Source: Gemmatimonadota bacterium (lineage in GTDB: Bacteria > 4572-55 > J002). Taken from it: DNA of 34,535 nt. A program made the position numbers and the translations under genes. Location of the stretch: NCBI GenBank assembly GCA_003697105.1, contig RFFQ01000135.1, forward strand, positions 1 through 34,535, written 5' to 3'. Of this stretch, positions 1 through 7,322 are shown one piece after another; position 1 is the stretch's first letter; every line of letters starts with the position of its first letter. The notes under the pieces are model-generated. The model was not told the DNA's origin. It did not search any database and saw only the letters and a program-made list of their open reading frames with translations.

Positions 1-176
1 AATCAAAAACCATCTCTCCGGAATTGGCGCTATTCATACTGCCTAAAAGGTCACTTTTGGCGAAGGTATTGGCAGTTGTTTGAATTTATCGACCTATAAG
101 TCGGTGAATGGGGTAGGACGAATAAACCAAAATAATACGCTGGGCGGTTTACAGAAAAGTTTCAATTAGTTCAAAT

Positions 177-210
177 AAACCCTTAGGATATAAAAACATC
201 CTAAGGGTTT
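177..210 (-). terminator. Inverted repeat, probable intrinsic terminator of the nnr-rsbR-rluB-TIR operon
   Basis: AAACCCTTAGGAT (177-189) and ATCCTAAGGGTTT (198-210) form a perfect 13-bp stem with an 8-nt loop, 11 nt after the TIR gene stop; it reads ...GGGTTTATTT on the minus strand. Confidence 0.7.
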
Positions 211-221
211 CGTCTATTTCA

Positions 222-3200
222 CTATGGAGATTGGCACAAAGTTCGGTCTTCTGTGCTGACACGAGGGTTGTAGCGAAGATAATCTGCAACCCAATTACAT
301 CCCCATTCTAGCAACGCATCCAATCCGTCCTCTTTGCCCAGAGCGGGGTGTAGGATATTTTCTAAATTCCAAATTTTGACCTCATCTTCACTGGCAGAGG
401 CGATGGTCTTATTGTCGTTGCTGAAATTGATGTCCATGATTTTCGTATGATGTCCGGTAAATGTTGTCACTTTTTCCCCATTGGTTCGCCACAAAATGAT
501 TTGGTTATCCGTACTCGCGGAGATAATCAGGTTGCCATCAACACTGAACCCGACGCTGGTCACTTTGGATTGGTGACCGCGAAAGGTGCGAATGAGATTG
601 CCCTCCACATCCCACAACTGGATTTGATGGTTGACATTCCCCGTCAAGATATGACTGCCGTCTGGGCTGAAGGCAATTGCCGATAAACTCGTTTGGGGGT
701 CCCCAAATGAGCGGATTTTATCCCCCTTGATATTCCACAATGTGACATAACCATCCCAACCCGAGGCTGCAAGTATTTCACCGCTGGGATGAAAGGCAAC
801 ACCGGTCATTTCGTCGGGATGGATTAAGGTGCGGAGCAGTTTGCCCGTTTTGCTCCACAGTTTTATCGTCTGGTCAACACTGGCAGAAGCCATCAGGTTT
901 CCATCCGGGCTGAAAGCGACATCCCAAATCCAGTCCTGGTGCCCACTCAATGTTTTTAGCAGCTTGCCGGTGCGACTCCATATTTTCATGGTTTGATCTG
1001 CGGAAGCGGTGATGAGCTGGTCGCCGCTGGGACTGAATGTGACATGGTAAATCACATCTGAATGAGCTTGCCAGGATCGTAATGGTTTGCCGTTGGCTTC
1101 CCACAGTTGAACGACTCCTTGTTCGGTGGCAGTGGCGAGCCGGTTGCCATCGGGACTGAAAGTAACACTGGTTAAATGCGGTGTCTCCGGGAACAATCGG
1201 TTTTGTTCGGTTACTTCTGCGGCGAGTTCTTCCAACATCTGTTGAACCTTTTGTTGTAGCTCTAGGGGAATTTCGGCTTGCGAGAGCCGTTGTCCCGCCT
1301 TAATAGCGGCAATTAAGGCGCCGAGTTGATCCATGGCGTCACGGTGTTGCTTGGCTTGGTCTAATAATATCTTAATTTGTCCCTGTACCGCTAAATTCCG
1401 CTGTTCCTCCGCAATTTTTTTTTGCCGGAGGGCTTCTTGTTTGTTTTGAATGGCGATTTCGCGCTCTTGTTCGGCGATGGCTTTCTGCCGGAGGGCTTCT
1501 TGTTTGTTTTGAATGGCGACTTCACGTTCTTGTTCAGCGATGGCTTTCTGCCGGATGGCTTCTTTTTCGTTTGCCTCGGCGATTGCTTTTTGTTTGATGG
1601 CCTCTTGCTCATTGATGACGGCAATCTGCCGTTGCTTCACCGCTTCTGCTCGCTGGAACAGGGCAATAACCGCCAGACACGAGACGATGACCGCTACGGC
1701 GATCACGGCTCCCATCATAATTTTACGGCGTCGCTCTTTGGCACGGAAGGCGGCTTCAATAGCATCTTTGCTGGTTTGGATGAATTCCTTTTGGATGGCG
1801 GTGGGAGCAGGTGTTTTATGGTGCTCTATGGCTTCTGTCAGCCACATTTCTGCCGCCGTAAATTCCCGCCCGCGCAGGAGCAAATCCCGACTTTTTTCGT
1901 GGGCTTCCCATTCAATGGCGCGTTGCGACCACTTCGTATGGCTTTTCACATGTTCGCGATCGGTATCAAGCGTCCGTACCAATTCGCTGAATGCGGCTTG
2001 AAAATCGCCGCGACGGCTCTCAAAATCGATCCACTGTACCGATTTTAAGCCCTCCGGCAATCTATCCTGCTCCACGGAGCGATATAATACCGGAATAATC
2101 CGCTTATTTAACTTCTGGGCATATTCTACCTCTTCTACACAGAATTCCGATTCCACGGCATGGGGTGAAATCACAAAAACGATGTTGTCGGAGGATTCAA
2201 TCCCTTGAAAAATTTCACTTTGAAAATCCGACCCAAAATCGATACTTTCTTGATCGAACCAGGTGATTTTTCCTTGCAGTTGTAACTGCTCGTTGAGAAG
2301 GCGGCAAAAATCTCCATCCGCCCGTGAATAGGAGAGGAAAACATCCGCTGTCGTATCTGGGGGTTGGTTTTCACTCTCTTCGATGAATTCTTTATGGATC
2401 GGTAGCATCGGGTGGTCAGGGTGCTTATCCGCTAACCGTACCCATGCCTGAGCATTTTTGAGTTCATGTCCCCGTAATAAGATACCCGGATTTTTATTTT
2501 GGCGTTCCCAGCGTAACGCCTTGACCAACAGCATCTTATGTTGATAGTAATAATCCCGATCCCGGTGTAGTTCGTAAAGGAGTTTGTCGATACCCTTGTA
2601 ATAGGTTTCATCCGCATCATCTTCAGATTTGGGGAGAATATCAATAAATTGTACTTTTCGGATTTCGGGCGGCAGGGTGTTCAAGTCGGTGGGTGCCACC
2701 ACCAACATGATAATTCGTTTTTTCAATTGTGTCGCATAGGCTAATTCTTGTTGGCAATATTCGGATTCCAAAGAGTCGGGGGAGAGTAGAAAGACCACAT
2801 TGGTCGTTTCTTCAATTCCTTTGTTAATTTCTTCCTGAAATTCTACGCCGGTGCGGATATCGGTGAGGTTTGTCCAGACGGTCAGACTGTTGCGCATTAA
2901 GGATTGCTTGATCTTTTCCATCATTTCTGTATTCTGGGTGGAATAGCTCAAAAACACGTCTGTAACCAATCCTTGTGCATTTTTGATGCTCTCGGTGATG
3001 TACTCCGCATGGAGCAAGGTTGGTTCGCAGGGTGCTTGCTGGGTGTCAAAGCGTTGTTTTAACCACTTTTCCGCCTGAATCCGGTTTTCTCCAGTGAGTA
3101 AGTATTCGACGCGTTTTTGGTGCCGTTCCCAATAAAGCGCTTGGGTCAGGATTTGGGTATGCAACTTCACATAATCTTCATGCCGGTGCAAAAGTTCCAC

Positions 3201-3638
3201 AAGTCCTGAAAACGCCTGCTCGAAATTATCCACCGCTTCGTATTGATCTTGAGGTACCTCCGGATCGTACTTTTCGCGCATGTAAATCCAGTTGATCTTA
3301 CCAATTACCGGATGGATGCTGTCCCACAACCCTTCGGGTTCTACATGCAAAATGGGGATGATGCGCTTGTTACGCCGCACGGCTAATTCGATTTCTTTTA
3401 AGCAATATTCGGATTTCACCGAGTGCGGCGCTATTATGAAAATAAAATTATGAGCTTTTTCGATTCCATCATCAATCTGATTTTGAAAATCAACCCCCAA
3501 CGGGATGTCATTCTGATCAAACCAAACTTGGAAGCCACTTTCCTGCAACCGGTTGTGTAATTTCGTCGCAAATGCTTTGCTTTCTGCACGACCGTAAGAA
3601 ATAAACACATCATTATGCCCAATCAAATTTTCCATCAT
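222..3638 (-). CDS. Triple-TIR / TM / coiled-coil / WD40-repeat protein (1138 aa)
   Basis: Three TIR_2-type starts (DVFISYGR aa10, DVFLSYST aa227, DVFLSYSR aa432), each with W[FT]D/N..I..G..F...I..GIE and S.[YF]C..E motifs. Hydrophobic helix IMMGAVIAVAVIVSCLAVIALF (nt 1656-1721), 21-aa repeats, then seven WD40 repeats (e.g. GHQDWIWDVAFSPDGNLMASASVDQTIKLWS). ATGA overlap with the upstream gene and an AGAGG RBS. Confidence 0.92.
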   Translation of the reverse strand: MMENLIGHNDVFISYGRAESKAFATKLHNRLQESGFQVWFDQNDIPLGVDFQNQIDDGIEKAHNFIFIIAPHSVKSEYCLKEIELAVRRNKRIIPILHVEPEGLWDSIHPVIGKINWIYMREKYDPEVPQDQYEAVDNFEQAFSGLVELLHRHEDYVKLHTQILTQALYWERHQKRVEYLLTGENRIQAEKWLKQRFDTQQAPCEPTLLHAEYITESIKNAQGLVTDVFLSYSTQNTEMMEKIKQSLMRNSLTVWTNLTDIRTGVEFQEEINKGIEETTNVVFLLSPDSLESEYCQQELAYATQLKKRIIMLVVAPTDLNTLPPEIRKVQFIDILPKSEDDADETYYKGIDKLLYELHRDRDYYYQHKMLLVKALRWERQNKNPGILLRGHELKNAQAWVRLADKHPDHPMLPIHKEFIEESENQPPDTTADVFLSYSRADGDFCRLLNEQLQLQGKITWFDQESIDFGSDFQSEIFQGIESSDNIVFVISPHAVESEFCVEEVEYAQKLNKRIIPVLYRSVEQDRLPEGLKSVQWIDFESRRGDFQAAFSELVRTLDTDREHVKSHTKWSQRAIEWEAHEKSRDLLLRGREFTAAEMWLTEAIEHHKTPAPTAIQKEFIQTSKDAIEAAFRAKERRRKIMMGAVIAVAVIVSCLAVIALFQRAEAVKQRQIAVINEQEAIKQKAIAEANEKEAIRQKAIAEQEREVAIQNKQEALRQKAIAEQEREIAIQNKQEALRQKKIAEEQRNLAVQGQIKILLDQAKQHRDAMDQLGALIAAIKAGQRLSQAEIPLELQQKVQQMLEELAAEVTEQNRLFPETPHLTSVTFSPDGNRLATATEQGVVQLWEANGKPLRSWQAHSDVIYHVTFSPSGDQLITASADQTMKIWSRTGKLLKTLSGHQDWIWDVAFSPDGNLMASASVDQTIKLWSKTGKLLRTLIHPDEMTGVAFHPSGEILAASGWDGYVTLWNIKGDKIRSFGDPQTSLSAIAFSPDGSHILTGNVNHQIQLWDVEGNLIRTFRGHQSKVTSVGFSVDGNLIISASTDNQIILWRTNGEKVTTFTGHHTKIMDINFSNDNKTIASASEDEVKIWNLENILHPALGKEDGLDALLEWGCNWVADYLRYNPRVSTEDRTLCQSP
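1423..1562. repeat. 63-bp tandem coding repeat (2 full copies plus a partial one) in the coiled-coil stalk
   Basis: TGCCGGA... restarts at 1423, 1486 and 1549. Copies 1 and 2 differ at 4 of 63 nt and encode QKAIAEQERE[IV]AIQNKQEALR. Confidence 0.9.
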
Positions 3639-4390
3639 TTCTGACCTCTGAATTTACTTTTTCTTTCTGGGTCTGACAACCGGAGATGCCGCCGAAGTTG
3701 GTTGACCTCAGGGCGCGTCAACGGTCGAGATTCTCCGGGAGATAAATCTCCCAATGATAGTGTTCCAAATTGGGTGCGCTTGAGTGCGATAACAGGATGC
3801 CCGATAGCTTTACACATGCGCCGTACCTGCCGTTTACGTCCTTCATGGATGACAATTTGGAGGCACGTCGTGTTCGTATTTTTCTGGAGGATGCTCACGG
3901 TGGCGGGTGCCGTCCACCCATCTTCCAACAACAGACCTTGCCTCAACCGCTGTAAATCGGTCTCCGCCGGTTGTCCTTCTACTTCCGCAATGTATGTTTT
4001 TTCGACACCATATTTAGGGTGAGTCAAGTGATAGGTCATTTGACCGGAATTTGTGAACAACAGCAAGCCTTCGGTATCCCGGTCCAGCCGCCCGACCGGA
4101 TACAACCGGTACGGCATATCCGGCAGTAGCTCCATCACTGTGGGGCGTCCTTGCGGATCAGAGACGGTGGTGACGTACCCCATCGGCTTGTTGAGCATGA
4201 TGAAAAGCTCGGTTTCCGGCAACAAGACCGGTTGGTGATCCACTTCAACCCGGTCGGTCTCCGGGTTGACGGTGTACGAAAAATCGGTGACCGTTTTTCC
4301 ATTGATTTTAACCCGCCCCGTTTTGATGTATTTATCACATTTACGGCGAGATGCTAAACCCGTTTGAGCTAAAAATCGGTTTAAACGCAT
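3635..4390 (-). CDS. rluB: rRNA pseudouridine synthase, RsuA/RluB family, with N-terminal S4 domain
   Basis: MRLNRFLAQTGLASRRKCD S4 start, LNKPMGYV motif, catalytic VGRLDRDTEGLLL, EGRKRQVRRM. The family is certain; the specific rluB assignment is less so. Confidence 0.9.
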   Translation of the reverse strand: MRLNRFLAQTGLASRRKCDKYIKTGRVKINGKTVTDFSYTVNPETDRVEVDHQPVLLPETELFIMLNKPMGYVTTVSDPQGRPTVMELLPDMPYRLYPVGRLDRDTEGLLLFTNSGQMTYHLTHPKYGVEKTYIAEVEGQPAETDLQRLRQGLLLEDGWTAPATVSILQKNTNTTCLQIVIHEGRKRQVRRMCKAIGHPVIALKRTQFGTLSLGDLSPGESRPLTRPEVNQLRRHLRLSDPERKSKFRGQK

Positions 4391-4397
4391 GATGTTA

Positions 4398-5318
4398 TTA
4401 TGATTCCGGTGTGTTGGTGCCTTCGACTGTTGTGGTTTCTACATCAACTACTTTGAACCCTAAATGCTCAAAGGCTTCCAGCAGACCCCGTTGTAGCGTA
4501 CTGCGCGTGATGACACCGGTTAAGTCGATGCCAATTTGGACAATCGTTTGGGCAATTTGCGGGCTGATACCCACGATAATACATTCTGCCCCTAACAGCC
4601 GCACGGCTTCCACGGTTTTGATCATGTGATTGGCAACTTCGGTATCCACCAGCGGTACACCGGTAATATCCAAAATCACGATTTGTGCTTTGTGATCGAC
4701 AATGCTTTGCAGGATATTTTCCATCACCTGATCCGCCCGGCGACTATCAATTGTGCCGATTAAGGGCAGGGTTAGCACCCCTTCCCAAATTTGGATCACC
4801 GGAGTGGAAAGTTCCAGCATCAAGGCTTGTTGTTCTTCAATGTATTTGATTTGCTCGGTGAGCTGGGTTTCGATGGCATGCCGTTCCGCTGCGAACGTTT
4901 CGTACTGGATTTTCTGGATTAACACATCAATATCATTCCGTAAATGCCCAAATCCGCGATACGCCGCCTCCAACTTGAGGAGCAACTGGTCAACCGGCTC
5001 ATCGTGTTGCTGTTTGATGCAGGCTAATGTGGAATCTTGCAAGACCAACACAGATGCCTGAATACCGTCCAGAGGTTTGCCGAGATCAAGATAGGTTTCG
5101 ATCATGTCCCGAAAATAATCTTCCGGTAAATAGTTCTCGCTTTTGAAAGCGGCGATCAGATCGGTCATGAATTCATCAAAGCCGCGACGCAGATCGGCTC
5201 GGTCTCGCGCCGCATGACTGGCGTTGACGGCATCACGGTGTTCGTAGTAGCTTTCAAAAATCGCGTCCAGATGGGTGGTCATAAATTCGGCTAATTCTGC
5301 CAATCCCTTTTGGCTCAT
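4398..5318 (-). CDS. rsbR: RsbR-family stressosome-type protein (helical N-terminal sensor plus STAS domain)
   Basis: C-terminal ELSTPVIQIWEGVLTLPLIGTIDSRRA...ILDITGVPLVDTEVANHMIKTVEAVRLLGAECIIVGISPQIAQTIVQIGID is a typical RsbR STAS domain; GAGGT RBS. Confidence 0.85.
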   Translation of the reverse strand: MSQKGLAELAEFMTTHLDAIFESYYEHRDAVNASHAARDRADLRRGFDEFMTDLIAAFKSENYLPEDYFRDMIETYLDLGKPLDGIQASVLVLQDSTLACIKQQHDEPVDQLLLKLEAAYRGFGHLRNDIDVLIQKIQYETFAAERHAIETQLTEQIKYIEEQQALMLELSTPVIQIWEGVLTLPLIGTIDSRRADQVMENILQSIVDHKAQIVILDITGVPLVDTEVANHMIKTVEAVRLLGAECIIVGISPQIAQTIVQIGIDLTGVITRSTLQRGLLEAFEHLGFKVVDVETTTVEGTNTPES

Positions 5319-5337
5319 AGTAACCTCTTGTCATGGG

Positions 5338-6915
5338 TTATGAAGGTGAATCTGTCAGACTCATAAATACTTTCGGTATCGATTGAATTATATCTGAGGG
5401 AATCAAACTGCGTTCACCCTGTAATGTTCGCGCCATATCACCGGCGAAACCATGCACAAAAACGCCTGCTTGTGCTGCGGAGCTTGCCGGTAACCCTTGC
5501 GCTAGAAAGGTAGCGATGATACCGGTGAGCACATCTCCTGAGCCCGCCGTTGCCATCCCCGCATTGCCGGTGGAATTAATCGAAACCTGCCCGGTGGGGG
5601 AGGCGATAATCGATCCTGCTCCTTTAAGAACAATTGTGACACCCCACTCTTGGGCCTTTTCCCGGGCGATTTCCAGCCGGTTGGGGTGGATGTCGGCTAT
5701 CGAACGTCCGATCAACCGCGCAAACTCACCGAGATGAGGTGTTAATACCAGTTGTTTGCTTTTTTTGTGTTTCAAAACGGTCATATTTGTGGTAAGGGCG
5801 TTTAAGCCGTCGGCATCAATAATCAGGGGTTGCTCGACCGTTTCGACCAAGTGGTGGATGAGGGTTTGCGTTTCCTTATCCGTGGAGAGCCCGGGACCCA
5901 CCGCGAGGCTATCGGCGTGTTGTGCCAACCTCAGAATTGGATCGTGTGCCGTGGGGTGTAATGCTCCGGTTTGGGTGGGGGGGAGTGCTGCTTTGACCAC
6001 TTCGGTCAGTTTGATTTCCATAATATCGCGGATGGTTGCCGGCATCGCTAACGTAACATAACCTGCGCCTGCACGGTATGCTGCCTGACATGTCAGCGTC
6101 GCGGCGCCGGTCATTCCCGGCGAACCTGCAACAACCAACACTTTGCCGCAGGACCCTTTGTGCGCGTCTAGTGGGCGGGAGGGTAACAACCGGCGGATAT
6201 AACCGGAGGTTAGCCAATCGATGGTAAGGTTAGGGTCTTCCGTTAATGAGCGAGGAAAGCCAATATCTAAAATATGCAAGTGACCCACATACATACTGCC
6301 CGGTGGAATCAATTGCCCAATTTTGGGGAGTCCCATCGTGCAGGTGAGGTCTGCCCGCACGCAGACACCTGCCACTGCGCCGGTATCGGTGTTGAGTCCC
6401 GATGGCACATCGACCGCCACAACCGGTTTTTGGCTCGTGTTTATCCATTCAATTATCTCGGCGACAAACCCGCGCACCGCCCCTTTAATACCGGTACCAA
6501 AAATGGCATCGACCAGCACATCGGCTGGGGTTAGATCGGTTTGCGGAAGTGACTCGGGGGTAAGGACTTCCATTGGTATCTGCAATTGGTGGCAAATGTC
6601 CGCATTCAAGCGGGCATCGCCGCGGAGTTGATCGATTGGGGTGAGCATCAGCAATTTGACCGTCCACCCCCAGTTGTGCAGATGCCGGGCAATGACAAAG
6701 CCATCCCCGCCATTATTCCCTTTGCCGGTGAAAATGTACGCAATTCTACCGGTAAATTCTGCGTGGATGATTTGGGCCGTGAGGTGTCCGGCATTTTCCA
6801 TCAGCACCGCACCGGGGATGCCAATCTCGTTGATGGTTAGGGCATCGATCTGCTGCATTTGAACGGCAGAGACCACCTTATAATTGCTACCAGATGGGGG
6901 GATGTAATGTTTCAT
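5338..6915 (-). CDS. nnr: Bifunctional NAD(P)HX epimerase / dehydratase (YjeF_N plus YjeF_C)
   Basis: LMENAG, GKGNNGGDG, VDAIFGTG, AVDVPSG (epimerase); HKGSCG, GAGYV, VGPGL, IDADGLN, LTPHLGEF, MATAGSGDVLTG (dehydratase). Start placed at ATG 6915 rather than TTG 6939; start uncertain. Confidence 0.95.
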   Translation of the reverse strand: MKHYIPPSGSNYKVVSAVQMQQIDALTINEIGIPGAVLMENAGHLTAQIIHAEFTGRIAYIFTGKGNNGGDGFVIARHLHNWGWTVKLLMLTPIDQLRGDARLNADICHQLQIPMEVLTPESLPQTDLTPADVLVDAIFGTGIKGAVRGFVAEIIEWINTSQKPVVAVDVPSGLNTDTGAVAGVCVRADLTCTMGLPKIGQLIPPGSMYVGHLHILDIGFPRSLTEDPNLTIDWLTSGYIRRLLPSRPLDAHKGSCGKVLVVAGSPGMTGAATLTCQAAYRAGAGYVTLAMPATIRDIMEIKLTEVVKAALPPTQTGALHPTAHDPILRLAQHADSLAVGPGLSTDKETQTLIHHLVETVEQPLIIDADGLNALTTNMTVLKHKKSKQLVLTPHLGEFARLIGRSIADIHPNRLEIAREKAQEWGVTIVLKGAGSIIASPTGQVSINSTGNAGMATAGSGDVLTGIIATFLAQGLPASSAAQAGVFVHGFAGDMARTLQGERSLIPSDIIQSIPKVFMSLTDSPS

Positions 6916-6970
6916 AATGATTTTATCTTGTTGTTTCAAACGTTGTTTGTTGCTGACTGGGGGGACTTGC

Positions 6971-6992
6971 CGTGTATAATTCGTGTATAATT
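6971..6992 (+). repeat. Tandem 11-bp direct repeat CGTGTATAATT x2, each copy containing TATAAT
   Basis: Exact copies at 6971-6981 and 6982-6992. Confidence 0.7.
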
Positions 6993-7006
6993 AAGGTTAT
7001 TTGGTG

Positions 7007-7135
7007 ATCCGGCAATCAGTAAGAGATTTGCTGACATGCCGTTTACATGCGATGATGTCCTTTGTGAACGTGTACCATCGCATCTCCTCTAGCCCGCAAG
7101 CGGGTAATGGTACCAAAATCCACAGTGCCCGGAAC
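7007..7135. ncRNA. Candidate structured RNA or 5' leader (three hairpins), family unknown
   Basis: H1 CGGCA-a-TCAGTAA/TTGCTGA-ca-TGCCG (about 7010-7041), H2 ATGCGATG/CATCGCAT (7047-7083), H3 CCCG-CAAG-CGGG (7093-7104; a G-CUUG-C tetraloop on the minus strand), possible TCCGG/CCGGA closing pair. Lies just downstream of a minus-strand promoter. Confidence 0.4.
7043..7078 (-). CDS. Putative 11-aa His-rich leader peptide MVHVHKGHHRM
   Basis: AGAGGAG SD 5 nt before the ATG at 7078 and TAA at 7043-7045; not in the ORF track because it is too short. Confidence 0.3.
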   Translation of the reverse strand: MVHVHKGHHRM

Positions 7136-7145
7136 TGGTGCTTAC

Positions 7146-7174
7146 ATTATGGCAAACTTAGACCCGTTTTGCAA
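7146..7174 (-). promoter_or_regulatory. sigma70-type promoter for the leader and nnr operon
   Basis: TTGCAA (7174-7169), 17-nt spacer, CATAAT (7151-7146), with an extended -10 TGn. Confidence 0.6.
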
Positions 7175-7244
7175 GGTAAAAATGAATGGGATTCTACCTG
7201 CCGGCAGTTCCGTCTGAAAACTACGGATTGTTCTCAAAAAAGGG

Positions 7245-7273
7245 TTGATTTTTTGAGATTTTTCGGATATAAT
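7245..7273 (+). promoter_or_regulatory. sigma70-type promoter for the TPR-hpf-hprK-ptsH operon
   Basis: TTGATT (7245-7250), 17-nt spacer, TATAAT (7268-7273); TAAGGA SD upstream of ATG 7323. Confidence 0.7.
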
Positions 7274-7322
7274 GCCAGACAGAACTCAGATTTGACCTCC
7301 CTGATATAAGGACAGCCTTGAC

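Noticed and set aside
1-120. Possible partial gene at the left edge (e.g. minus-strand ATG at 37, MNSANSGEMVFD...)
   Set aside because: Too short to recognise; several frames are open and none can be supported.
177-210. Palindrome as a REP or IS200/IS605-type end
   Set aside because: Single copy in the window, no transposase, and its position fits a terminator.
1422-2048. 208-aa and 162-aa plus-strand ORFs with repeats
   Set aside because: Antisense shadows of the repeat stalk of the TIR-WD40 gene.
7007-7135. 6S RNA, SRP RNA, tmRNA or tRNA identity for the structured region
   Set aside because: Short for 6S and not in zapA/ygfA context; no SRP GGAA-loop motif, no tRNA-like ends, no cloverleaf. 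CGCAAGCGGG resembles part of E. coli 6S but is too short to count.
7001-7309. 102-aa plus-strand ORF in the divergent intergenic region
   Set aside because: TTG start, no recognisable domain, and it overlaps two good promoters.
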